The notes under the pieces are model-generated. The model ran no database searches. It was not told the DNA's origin and was given only the letters and a program-made list of their open reading frames with translations. DNA of 63,860 bases from a virus, in the IMG/VR virus record IMGVR_UViG_3300045391_003291, positions 1 to 63,860 of that record, one strand, 5' to 3'. Position numbers and translations under genes: made by a program. Positions within the stretch are counted from its first letter, which is position 1; the number at the start of each line of letters is the position of its first letter. Shown in pieces: positions 23,120-32,682 of this stretch.

Positions 23120-23674
23120 ATGTCCGAAGCGTACGTTGCGGTGCAGTACATCGGTTGCCTGCCCACCAAGGTCGACAACATCGTCCACGGATCGGGTCTG
23201 ATCTGGAAGGGGCAATTCTCCAGTCAGCGCATCCGCGAATCGGAGGCGTACAAGTACCTTCGTCACTCTGACGAATTCCGTCTTCTGCACCCACTGTTCC
23301 TGGAATCGGATTACGCCGCCTCCCTTTCCAAGGACGATCAACTCAACGCGCTGCAGACCATCTGTTCGAACCTCGAGCTTCATGCTGCAGAAGAGCTCAT
23401 GCCAGTGCTGCAGGAGCGCATCCGTGACCTCAGAGAGATGTCCGTGCGCGCTCCGCAGTCGACCAGCCCAGACGATCGTCAGCGCTTCCTCGATCGTCGC
23501 CTGAAAGTCGCAGATGCGATTGCCAAGCTCGACATCGACGATCCGAACGACTACACCGACACCAAGAAGCCGCGCGTTTCCCGTGTCAAGGAAATCTCAG
23601 GTCTGAACGATGTGTCGGCGGCCGAGATCCGCCAAGTGCAGTCCATGAAGGAGGCGGCCGCGCCGGCCGGGTAA
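23120..23674 (+). CDS. virion morphogenesis protein (184 aa)
   Basis: ORF track, in the head-to-tail region. Confidence 0.65.
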   Translation: MSEAYVAVQYIGCLPTKVDNIVHGSGLIWKGQFSSQRIRESEAYKYLRHSDEFRLLHPLFLESDYAASLSKDDQLNALQTICSNLELHAAEELMPVLQERIRDLREMSVRAPQSTSPDDRQRFLDRRLKVADAIAKLDIDDPNDYTDTKKPRVSRVKEISGLNDVSAAEIRQVQSMKEAAAPAG

Positions 23675-23677
23675 TCG

Positions 23678-24301
23678 ATGCTGGTTTCGGATGTCCTCAA
23701 CACGGTTCGCAGCATCCTGAACGACCCAGCGAAAGCGTCCTGGACTGACGCCGACCTGGTCAACTTCCTCAATTCGTTCATGCTGGACCTGTCGGGCATC
23801 CGTCGCGACATCTACACGGTAAGAGCAGTCGTCAATCTCGTGGCCGGCAGCTATCAAACGCTGCCGTCAGGGGGCATCCAGTTCCTCGCCCCTTACGTTT
23901 CTGCCAACGGGCAGCAGGTGCTGCTGGTCAACATGGCAGACCTCCAGAACGCCAGGTTCAAGGCGTCCATGACCGCGGCGGCGTCGGCAAACCCTCAGTT
24001 CGCCATCTACGACCCACGGAACCGTAAGGGGTACCGCGTATATCCAGCCTCGACCGGATCCGCCAGCACGCTGGATATCCTCTACGGAGCAACACCGCCG
24101 CCGGTGAGCGCCTTTGGCGACACGTATCCTCTCGACCCCGATACGGTATCGGCAGCTCAGTGGTTCGTTCTCGGGATGGCCTACGACAAGAGCACAGAGC
24201 GCCGTAGCGCGCCGGTCTCAGAGGCCTACATCAGGCGTTACTCCGCCTGGGCCAATGCCAACCTGCAGTCAGAGGTTGGTAACCTTCAGGAAGCGCCGTG
24301 A
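23678..24301 (+). CDS. virion structural protein (207 aa)
   Basis: ORF track, tightly packed. Confidence 0.65.
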   Translation: MLVSDVLNTVRSILNDPAKASWTDADLVNFLNSFMLDLSGIRRDIYTVRAVVNLVAGSYQTLPSGGIQFLAPYVSANGQQVLLVNMADLQNARFKASMTAAASANPQFAIYDPRNRKGYRVYPASTGSASTLDILYGATPPPVSAFGDTYPLDPDTVSAAQWFVLGMAYDKSTERRSAPVSEAYIRRYSAWANANLQSEVGNLQEAP

Positions 24302-25254
24302 TGCAGCTCTATTTCCCAGTTTCCAACGTTCTGGAATCAATCCAGAAGACGTTGCGCGATGTCTGGGGTGTTCAGTTCGACCCTTCGACAGAGCTCCTGC
24401 CGCACCTGAACGACGCCTGCTCGATGATCGTCAACAAGGACGATCAGGCGCTGGTCAAGAACATTGCGTTCCGCCTGGAGCCGTTCACGATCGACCGCGA
24501 CACCGGCATCGTCACCGCAGGCACTCTTTACGCTCAGGGCAACACGATCACTCTGGCCGGCGGCACCTTCACCCAGGCTGCCATCCTGCAGGTCTCTGGT
24601 GTCAACGAGACGACTGGCGCCGTCAACATGGTGGCCATCCAGAACTACGGCTCCTACACAGCCTATCCGAGCAACCCGGTTTCACAGGGTTCGACGTCTG
24701 GATCTGGGACTGGGGCAACGTTCAGTCTGACGAAGCTGGGTCCAAAGCAAGAGCTTCCTCCGGACGCCGCCTCCCTCATCGACATCGCCGGGAACCTCGG
24801 CGTCGACGGTCAGACCCAGGGCGGGATCATCACCAAGGTCCCGAAGGACATCATGGATGCAGTAAGGCCTGGATGGCGTCAGGACATCTGCGGCGTCAGT
24901 GGACAGCCGACACAGCCGATTCATTACGTGTTCGACGAGCGCGACGCCAAGCGCTTCTACCTGTGGCCGTACGTCAACGTCATGTCGAGCCCGTGGTATG
25001 TCGAGATGAAGTATCGGGCGGTACCGAACAACGTTGGTATCGATGACGCATTCCCTCTGCCAGCACTCTACGAGCCGGTGGCCAAGTTCTACACCATCGC
25101 CCACGCCATGATGCGCCTTGACGAGGACGACAAGCGCTGGGCGAAGTGTCAGACACTCATTCCCATGTTCATGAAGGAGTTCAATGACGCGCTAGTTTCT
25201 ACGAACCTGTCGATTAAGATGACGGTACCAGATGATCGGCCGAACTCGAGATAA
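24298..25254 (+). CDS. virion structural protein (318 aa)
   Basis: ATGA overlap. Confidence 0.65.
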   Translation: MMQLYFPVSNVLESIQKTLRDVWGVQFDPSTELLPHLNDACSMIVNKDDQALVKNIAFRLEPFTIDRDTGIVTAGTLYAQGNTITLAGGTFTQAAILQVSGVNETTGAVNMVAIQNYGSYTAYPSNPVSQGSTSGSGTGATFSLTKLGPKQELPPDAASLIDIAGNLGVDGQTQGGIITKVPKDIMDAVRPGWRQDICGVSGQPTQPIHYVFDERDAKRFYLWPYVNVMSSPWYVEMKYRAVPNNVGIDDAFPLPALYEPVAKFYTIAHAMMRLDEDDKRWAKCQTLIPMFMKEFNDALVSTNLSIKMTVPDDRPNSR

Positions 25255-25256
25255 GT

Positions 25257-25889
25257 ATGAGCACTGTTCCATTCAGCAACCTGTACAGCTACATCCGCAA
25301 GGAGTGCATGAAGGCGCCACAGCCGCTGATGGATGTCTGCATACTGGATGCTGCCCGTGAGTTCTGTCGACGCAGCTGGTACCGGCAGCAGTCGATTCCT
25401 GCCAATGTCGCCATCGGCAAAGCCTGGAACCTGATCACCCCTCCGAACACGGATGAAGAAGTAATCCGGTTCACCAACCTGCAGTACAACGGGCAGACAT
25501 TTCCTCTGCCACTGTGCCCAGTTGTTCAGTCAGATGTCGACGGCGTATCGAACCCATGCCAGCCTGGGTGGTACTACGAGCCGCCGAATTGGCTTGTGGT
25601 GCTTCCAGCGCCGACCTCCTCACTTCCGGCCGGATACTATGTCCGCGCAGTCCTGCAGCCAACGTCAACAGCAACCACGCTCGATTACACCCTGGTTCAG
25701 CAGTACGACCGCGCCATCGCACACGGGGCGCTCAAGCTGATCTTCAGTACCAACGATTGTGAGTGGACCGACCCGAAGAAAGCCGAGAGGTCGAAGTTCG
25801 AGTTCGAAGAGGGCATCCAACAGGCGGCCGCGGCGCGCCAGACCAACTTCCTGCCACGCAATCTGCTCACTGCTGTTCCGAGGTTCTGA
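25257..25889 (+). CDS. virion structural protein (210 aa)
   Basis: ORF track. Confidence 0.65.
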   Translation: MSTVPFSNLYSYIRKECMKAPQPLMDVCILDAAREFCRRSWYRQQSIPANVAIGKAWNLITPPNTDEEVIRFTNLQYNGQTFPLPLCPVVQSDVDGVSNPCQPGWYYEPPNWLVVLPAPTSSLPAGYYVRAVLQPTSTATTLDYTLVQQYDRAIAHGALKLIFSTNDCEWTDPKKAERSKFEFEEGIQQAAAARQTNFLPRNLLTAVPRF

Positions 25890-27316
25890 TGGCCGACCTA
25901 CAGCCGCCCCCAGTACCCACTGGATACGTACATCTGCCGCCGGCGGATCCACCGGTTGCCACCGTCGATAGTGTCGACTGCAACAAGGTCAATCTGACGT
26001 GGACACCGATTCAGTTGGCCACCGGGTACGGCGTTTACATGGGGACTGCAGCAGGACAGGAATCACTGACCCCGGTAGCTACACCTACCACAAACGAGGC
26101 CTCGATCACTGGCCTGACCAATGGAGCGACGTACTACTTCACCATCGCGGCAAACATTCCGAGTTCCGGTTACGGACAGATGTCGAATGAGGTCTCGGCG
26201 GTCCCTGACTGCCCATCACCACCACCTCCGCCGCCTCCTCCACCTCCGCCTCCGCCGCCTCCGCCATTGCTTTCTGGATTGAGCTGGCAGCTGCCATGCC
26301 TGTCGCCGCCGGTCGGCAATGTGTGTCCGTGTCCGGATGAGGTCACGAATACCGCTTTCATGACAGGCGATCCGGGTGGCTACCAGATCACCTTCCGTTT
26401 CCGCGGAATCGTCGAGACCAACACCTACACCGGTGGTGTCAACGAAGGAACTTATTGGCAGATCGAAGGGACGCCTGGTTCGGAAAATGTCAACTACTAC
26501 AGGTTCTCAATCTCGGATCCACCGCAGGATTACTTCATCAATCGCGCCGACAGCGTTGAGCCCACTCAGGTCATCGACTACGAAAAGGTTTTGACCGTCA
26601 ACCATGGCGCCACGCTGACGTTGTATGCGAACTCTCTTGATGGACAGGAAACCGGAAACGACACCAATCTCACTGTGTCGGATGATCAGCCTGGATATCC
26701 GATCGTTGTCGGCCAACCTTTCAGCGGTCAATTCGCTCAGGTCGATGCCATCAGTATCATCCCGTTGCCGGCGCCAACTACGAACTTCAATCCATCGAAT
26801 CATGCATCCGAGTGGGCGCTCACCAACGGAAATGCGACAGCAACATTGTCGTCATCGCCTGGCGGATACCGAAGCGCTTTCGGTCTTGGCGCAAAGAGCA
26901 CTGGCAAGTGGCAGGTGCAGTTCTACGTCGCCTCGGTAGGAACCAGTGGTGGCATCGGCATCGGACTTCCGAGTATCTCAACCAGTGATGCGTTCGCGCT
27001 CTCTCCAGGAGGTTTCGCCAATGCTTGGAACGGCTTCCTCGTCAAGGAAGGCACCGTAGTATCCGGTGGACTTGGCTACGTCACCGGTAAATACGTGAAT
27101 CTGTATTTCGATGCAGATGCCGGGAATTTGTGGATAGAGGTCAACGGCATCATGGCCGGCGGCGGCAATCCATTCCTCGGAACATCTCCAACGATCTCCG
27201 GCATTCCGCCAGGCGCTTATGTGCCAGCAGTTTATGGACAGACGTCTGGTGACTCTTATGTGATTCAGCAGCCGAACTATTTGCTCAGCAGCTTCTCTCA
27301 GTGGACAAGCGTATGA
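25889..27316 (+). CDS. FN3 / poly-proline(16) / SPRY-like virion protein (475 aa)
   Basis: TGATG junction fixes the start (TGA 25887-25889 and ATG 25889-25891 share one base). FN3-like VNLTWTP...GYGVYMG...TGLTNGATYYFTIAA. SPRY-like C-terminus (GKWQVQFYV...IGIGL...NLYFDADAGNLWIEVNG). Confidence 0.7.
   Translation: MADLQPPPVPTGYVHLPPADPPVATVDSVDCNKVNLTWTPIQLATGYGVYMGTAAGQESLTPVATPTTNEASITGLTNGATYYFTIAANIPSSGYGQMSNEVSAVPDCPSPPPPPPPPPPPPPPPPLLSGLSWQLPCLSPPVGNVCPCPDEVTNTAFMTGDPGGYQITFRFRGIVETNTYTGGVNEGTYWQIEGTPGSENVNYYRFSISDPPQDYFINRADSVEPTQVIDYEKVLTVNHGATLTLYANSLDGQETGNDTNLTVSDDQPGYPIVVGQPFSGQFAQVDAISIIPLPAPTTNFNPSNHASEWALTNGNATATLSSSPGGYRSAFGLGAKSTGKWQVQFYVASVGTSGGIGIGLPSISTSDAFALSPGGFANAWNGFLVKEGTVVSGGLGYVTGKYVNLYFDADAGNLWIEVNGIMAGGGNPFLGTSPTISGIPPGAYVPAVYGQTSGDSYVIQQPNYLLSSFSQWTSV
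26219..26266 (+). repeat. 16 consecutive proline codons (CCN)16
   Basis: Counted codon by codon in frame. Confidence 0.95.
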
Positions 27317-30300
27317 AGTACAGCATCTCCAACTTCAAAGGGATGCTGCCGATCATCGGCAACACCAAGCTACCGTTCGAATATGCCACCACTGCCATCA
27401 ACACCAAGTTGGTATCAGGCGATATCGAAGGGTACCTGGACATCGGTAACCCATTCACTCTTGCCAAGACGGCACCGATCATCTCACTCGGCAAGGCGGC
27501 AAACGGAAGCTGGCTGCAATTCAATCAGTCCGAGCTGGCGAGCTTCGCTGCTACTATCAACGTCATCCCAGGGACCATCCCTGGCGATATCACCGGTCGA
27601 CGCTATATCACCGGGTACAACGCTCACAACAGCGTTCCTCAGTGGACCAACACCTTCTACGCCACAGACCCATCTCAACGCGGATCAGCAGCGGTAGGTG
27701 CATTTCCCTATGTGACGTTTCCACTCGGAATTGCCGATCCGACTGTTGATCCAGCAGCAACAGCGCCTGCTGCGAGCGGGACTGCAACAACCTTCAACTT
27801 CTCTCAGGAGACCAGCGTCAACAACGCAGTGATCGGAGCAGCCGGCACTGCGTATAGGGTTGGAGACAAGCCGTACCTGGTTGGCGGAACCTATGCTCCT
27901 GGGTTCTCTCAAGGTCAGGCCGCAGCTCAAATTCAAGTGACGTCGATCGATTCAAACGGTGGCATCACTGGGATGATCTTGCTCAACCCAGGCAACTACC
28001 AGATCAATGCTGGACCAGGCAGTACGACGATCAATCAGGTTGGCCTGACCCTGCCGGCCGCCAGCATCACCGTAACGTCAGCAGCATCCGCGCCGACATC
28101 AGGATCTTTCACGGTGATGTCGAGTGCAGGGGAGCAGACGGTCAATTACACGGGGAAGTCCAGCAACACCTTCACCGGGTGCACGGGCGGTACTGGAAGC
28201 GTCACCAACGGCGCTGCGGTTCAACCCAACAATGCAACTGCTTCTCTGACCGGAGGTTCAGGCAGCGGTGCAACGGTGACCGTTCTTTGCCAGTTGAACA
28301 ACTTCAACGGCTTCGGCACTTACACGGTCAACAACGGTGCCGGCTACCAGATTCAGTGGGGAATCGTAAACAACCAGTGGTGGTCAGAGGCGAGCCAGGG
28401 AGACCTGACAGTCGCCTATTCGAACAGTGCATTCGGATTCAAGACTTGCCAGACCTTTACCATCCAAGCAGACATGACGGATTCGACCGCCCTCTCAGGC
28501 GGCGATCGGTCCGACCTCGTGCTGTACCTGCCCGGAACTTACGGTGGCCAGAATTCGATCGCTGGCCCTGCCGTCATCATCAGTGACGTCGATGGTACAT
28601 TCACCCTGCAAAGCACCATCATTGGCACCAATGGCGGCGCTGTGGCAGGCACTATCGTCAACCAACGAACTGGGCTGACACTGACTCCAAACAGCCAGTA
28701 TCGAGTGTTGGTTACCGCGACGTCACAGAATGCGGCGACGGTCCCTGGATTCAGCGTCATCGCAACTCTGGCTCTGGCATCTTCTCCGAGCTCAATCATC
28801 GCTACGGTGTCGGGATTCGTTCCGTACTCAGGTGAGATATTCGGTGTCGGCCTGAATGTTCGTGATGCTCATAACAACGGCCACGACGCCCTGTTTGAAA
28901 ACATCTTCGTGCAGGTAAGCCAGCCGGCCAACGAGCTGACGGTTGAATCCACGAACTACGTTTACACCTACGTCCAGAACATCCCGTTCGATCCTCTGAT
29001 CCAGGAATCAGGACCGAGCGACCCAAGCGCCACGATAGACATCGACATCGATTCTTCGACAAACCCTCCGACGCGCTCGCCGGCGACGATCGTCATTCAG
29101 CCGTGCCCAGCCAACGAGTACATCGCCTACTACTACCTGTACCGTCTGGTTGCTGACCTGGCAGGAAATGAAACCTACACTCGAGTGACGACACTCGCGG
29201 CATTCGGTATGACCAGTGTCACGGGTTCATTCTCGATAGGGGAAAAGGTAACCGGCGGCACCACAGGGGCAACCGCGACTGTATTGGGATACAGCTCCAG
29301 CATCCTGACGCTTTCCGATGTGAGCGGTATTTTCCTGCAGGGCGAAACCATCACCGGTGGTACCAGCGCGGCGCACGGCACCTATTCATCGTCTCAGCTG
29401 TCGGCGGTGACCATGACCTACGTCGACACCAAGCAAGACAGCCAGATCGGTCCGGCGGTGTTGATCTCCCAGAACTGGGCGCCCCCGCCGGCGAACATGC
29501 AGGGAATCATCGCCGGTCCTAACGGTGTGATGTACGGATACGCTGGGAACATCTTGTGCGCATCAGAGCCGAATTACCCTCACGCGTGGCCGGTTGGAAA
29601 TCAGTACGCCACCGATACGGCAATCACATCAACGACGCCGATCGATACCAGCAACCTGGTCACTACGCAGTCCTACCCCTACACGGTATGGGGTACTGAT
29701 CCATCGGCCTTGTCGATGTCCAAGGAGGTCAGTATCCAAGGCTGTGTGGCGACCCGCGGCACGATCACGCACAAGCTTCTCGGCGTCGTCTACCCGTCTG
29801 GAAATGGATGGTCATTCTACAAAGGTCCTAGCAAGCTCGATCTGGTTCGAATCACTGAACTCGACAGGCCGCCGTTCAGCTACGAACAGTGGCAGACGCT
29901 CACACCGTCATCGATCATCGCCGTGTTGCACGACGACTACCTGTTTTGGTTCTACAACAACGGGACCACGAAGAGCGGGTTCGTCCTGGATCTCACTCCG
30001 AATGGGTTCGGGATGATCCAGCTGGACTTCCACTGCACATGCATGTACGTCGACCCATCGACCGACACCCTGTATCTGGTCCCTGACTTCTCGGTTTACC
30101 CAATCAACGGCAGCGTGGTTTCCACCGCCCTCAATGTCGTGAGCCAATGGGAAGGAGCGGCCACCTACCGCCCGCGCAGCTGGGAGAGAGACGACATCCT
30201 GTACAAGCGCCCCGTCGCGTTCCAGCGGGGACGCGTACAGAGCAAAGGGTCAGGGACCATCAACCTCAACGCCTTCAGCGGGCAGGGCACCGCCTACAAC

Positions 30301-30438
30301 GCTGCTGTATCGCAGCAGACTGCATTTGCTGTGGCGCCGCAGACTGATTTCAGGTGGAATGCAGGCCTATCAATGACAGGGGCTGTTGCGATCAACACGC
30401 TGGACCTCACCGAGACGATTGAGGAGATGGTCGAATAG
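27313..30438 (+). CDS. large tail/virion protein (1041 aa)
   Basis: ATGA overlap fixes the start. Ser/Thr/Gly-rich beta protein with the module FSIGEKVTGGTTGATATVLGY...LQGETITGGTS. Confidence 0.7.
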   Translation: MKYSISNFKGMLPIIGNTKLPFEYATTAINTKLVSGDIEGYLDIGNPFTLAKTAPIISLGKAANGSWLQFNQSELASFAATINVIPGTIPGDITGRRYITGYNAHNSVPQWTNTFYATDPSQRGSAAVGAFPYVTFPLGIADPTVDPAATAPAASGTATTFNFSQETSVNNAVIGAAGTAYRVGDKPYLVGGTYAPGFSQGQAAAQIQVTSIDSNGGITGMILLNPGNYQINAGPGSTTINQVGLTLPAASITVTSAASAPTSGSFTVMSSAGEQTVNYTGKSSNTFTGCTGGTGSVTNGAAVQPNNATASLTGGSGSGATVTVLCQLNNFNGFGTYTVNNGAGYQIQWGIVNNQWWSEASQGDLTVAYSNSAFGFKTCQTFTIQADMTDSTALSGGDRSDLVLYLPGTYGGQNSIAGPAVIISDVDGTFTLQSTIIGTNGGAVAGTIVNQRTGLTLTPNSQYRVLVTATSQNAATVPGFSVIATLALASSPSSIIATVSGFVPYSGEIFGVGLNVRDAHNNGHDALFENIFVQVSQPANELTVESTNYVYTYVQNIPFDPLIQESGPSDPSATIDIDIDSSTNPPTRSPATIVIQPCPANEYIAYYYLYRLVADLAGNETYTRVTTLAAFGMTSVTGSFSIGEKVTGGTTGATATVLGYSSSILTLSDVSGIFLQGETITGGTSAAHGTYSSSQLSAVTMTYVDTKQDSQIGPAVLISQNWAPPPANMQGIIAGPNGVMYGYAGNILCASEPNYPHAWPVGNQYATDTAITSTTPIDTSNLVTTQSYPYTVWGTDPSALSMSKEVSIQGCVATRGTITHKLLGVVYPSGNGWSFYKGPSKLDLVRITELDRPPFSYEQWQTLTPSSIIAVLHDDYLFWFYNNGTTKSGFVLDLTPNGFGMIQLDFHCTCMYVDPSTDTLYLVPDFSVYPINGSVVSTALNVVSQWEGAATYRPRSWERDDILYKRPVAFQRGRVQSKGSGTINLNAFSGQGTAYNAAVSQQTAFAVAPQTDFRWNAGLSMTGAVAINTLDLTETIEEMVE

Positions 30439-30475
30439 CCGGTGGTATGATGCAAACCGATTTCGGAGAAAGACC

Positions 30476-30805
30476 ATGTCGACAGGGTTTGTTCAAACGG
30501 GGCCCACCCAGCAGATCACCACTCTGGGGGTGAACACGTGGCCTGCTGCCAGGCAGTTCAGCACCTACTGCGGGGCTGTACGCGTCTACAACAGTGGGTC
30601 CAACGAGGCGGCTGTTGTGGTCTCCAGCAACCTTCCTGACGCCACGTCTCCGGCCTCCCTGAGCGATACGGTGCCGTCCAATGTCATCAGCCTGGCGGCC
30701 AACACCGAAAGGGTTCTTGGACCATTCTCTGGTCCGGTGTATTTCAACGCCGCAGGAACCGCAGGTAACAAGGTCCAGTTCACCCCTGGATCAGGTGGCC
30801 TCTAA
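30476..30805 (+). CDS. virion-module protein (109 aa)
   Basis: Internal ATG after GGAGAA. Confidence 0.6.
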   Translation: MSTGFVQTGPTQQITTLGVNTWPAARQFSTYCGAVRVYNSGSNEAAVVVSSNLPDATSPASLSDTVPSNVISLAANTERVLGPFSGPVYFNAAGTAGNKVQFTPGSGGL

Positions 30806-31200
30806 TGTTCACGGTGGTCGACATCGATTCCGTATGGCATCTAGTCGAGCCGACCGCGGGCAAGCTTCTCAAGAGACCACGGGTTATTCGGAACGCCTGC
30901 AGGAAAGGCGAAGCTGTCTGTCTGCAGTGTGAGGACGGAGTGGTGGTGATTACCGTCGATATCGAGCCTGTGAACCACACACGTGAATTGCGGGTGTGGT
31001 GGGCTGGTGTTACCCGCCAAGCGTCAGGGTGCTTCGAAAAGTACCTCCCTCACGTTTTGAAGATCGCATCCGACCTCAAGTGCAGCGCCATTGCTTTTGG
31101 AAGTAACCGCCGCGGCTGGACCCGGAAGGCTATGAGGTTTGGATTCATCATCCGCAGTGACAATGGCGCGATAGTCGAATTTGCTAGGTCTATTCCATGA
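30805..31200 (+). CDS. virion-module protein (131 aa)
   Basis: ORF track, coupled. Confidence 0.6.
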   Translation: MFTVVDIDSVWHLVEPTAGKLLKRPRVIRNACRKGEAVCLQCEDGVVVITVDIEPVNHTRELRVWWAGVTRQASGCFEKYLPHVLKIASDLKCSAIAFGSNRRGWTRKAMRFGFIIRSDNGAIVEFARSIP

Positions 31201-31721
31201 CCCCAGGATCACCCACATCTCCGGCCGATGTCATGCAGCGCGACTTCGCGCGTCAGGAGCTGATGAACTATTCCAAGACTCAATTGCCAGCGCTTGGATA
31301 CGAGATCAGAAGTCTCGAGAAGCAGCCTGGCATTGAGGAAATGGCTGCAGGAGCGGGTGCGCAATCAGGTAGAAATGCTATTGCGCAGTCGATCGAGAAG
31401 TCTTCACAAGACCTCAACGCTCGAGGCGTAATGCCTGGATCTGGGTCTTCAGTGATGAGCCGTGCAGGCATCCTAACCAAGGGACTTGGTATGGCTGGCG
31501 CAAACGCTGCTGCCGCTCGCACGGATGCACAGCAAGGTGGCTATGCGAAAGAGGCTGGCATTGTTCAGCAGGGGACCCAGATGCTGGACAAGATTCACAA
31601 GGGTCTTACAACTGCTGGGGCTACCGCTTCAGACATCGACAAGGCCAACCGAGAGTCCAATGACGCCATGCATCAGCAAACCATGGCGCTCACTACAGCG
31701 GCATTGATGGCGTTGCTGTGA
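31197..31721 (+). CDS. putative internal virion protein (174 aa)
   Basis: Ala/Gly/Gln-rich; ATGA overlap. Confidence 0.6.
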   Translation: MTPGSPTSPADVMQRDFARQELMNYSKTQLPALGYEIRSLEKQPGIEEMAAGAGAQSGRNAIAQSIEKSSQDLNARGVMPGSGSSVMSRAGILTKGLGMAGANAAAARTDAQQGGYAKEAGIVQQGTQMLDKIHKGLTTAGATASDIDKANRESNDAMHQQTMALTTAALMALL

Positions 31722-31729
31722 GGTGATCC

Positions 31730-32188
31730 ATGTCCTACTTCCCAATGTTCCCAACCTTTCTGGAGAGTGGAGACGCAAGCCGGGCTCCATTCTGGGCAGA
31801 CCCTGCAGGCTATCTTCTGAGGCACCAAAGCGCGCCGGCGATGATGGACCCGATCGGTGGCATCTCTGAAGCTGACTTCGGCTACCTTCAGCAGAACGTA
31901 TTCCCGATCCAGGAAAAGCTTCTTCGTCAGGCTCTCGACCCGAACACGGTGAAAACCGCGGTCAAGCAGGCCGAAACGGATGTCGCCGATCAGTACGCCA
32001 AGGCGCCGGCCGAGTTTCAAACATCGCTTGCCTCACAGGGCGTGGTCGCTAGCGACTCTCAGAAACAGGCTTTCAACAAGCAGATGGCACTCAACCAAGG
32101 AATCGCTACCGCGGCGGCGGCCAATCGCACACGGCAGGCTGTCACAGCTCAGCAAGCAGGTATCCTCAAGGGATACAGTCAGCCTTAG
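31730..32188 (+). CDS. putative internal virion protein (152 aa)
   Basis: ORF track. Confidence 0.6.
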   Translation: MSYFPMFPTFLESGDASRAPFWADPAGYLLRHQSAPAMMDPIGGISEADFGYLQQNVFPIQEKLLRQALDPNTVKTAVKQAETDVADQYAKAPAEFQTSLASQGVVASDSQKQAFNKQMALNQGIATAAAANRTRQAVTAQQAGILKGYSQP

Positions 32189-32196
32189 GAGTCACC

Positions 32197-32682
32197 ATGG
32201 CGCGCGTACCTGGAATCATGCAGCTGTCATCTGAGCAGGGGGACCTGTCTCAGAATTTCTACGACATCCTGGCTCAACAAAGGGCTGAGAAAGAAGTCGG
32301 AGACATCCAGTCAAAGGAAAAGAGCCGGAGCGCGCTGATGGAAGTCGGCGGTCGCGCTGTCTCTGCGGGAATCAAGACTGGCAAGGACTACCATGCTTAC
32401 AGACAGGCCAAGGATACTGGCAAGGACGTCTCTAACCTTCCTGGAGTGAATGAACAGGGCGAATTCAGCATCCCCAAGGATTTCGCCTACAACATGTTCA
32501 AGCCATGGGAGAGGTACCCCAATATCCGCCGTGCACTGCACGGTGATCCAGCCATGTCGGGATCCCCACAAGTTCAACAGGGTATGGTGAGCGGAATCGA
32601 CCATTACACTGCGCCGGTCGCTGGATCGATGATCAACGGCATGTTGCGAGGACAGTCCGTTTACGCAGAAGGTGTTGAGTAA
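32197..32682 (+). CDS. putative internal virion protein (161 aa)
   Basis: ORF track. Confidence 0.6.
   Translation: MARVPGIMQLSSEQGDLSQNFYDILAQQRAEKEVGDIQSKEKSRSALMEVGGRAVSAGIKTGKDYHAYRQAKDTGKDVSNLPGVNEQGEFSIPKDFAYNMFKPWERYPNIRRALHGDPAMSGSPQVQQGMVSGIDHYTAPVAGSMINGMLRGQSVYAEGVE

Noticed and set aside
26170-26361. Minus-strand ORF encoding a poly-Gly run
   Set aside because: It is the mirror image of the in-frame polyproline tract of the plus-strand virion gene.
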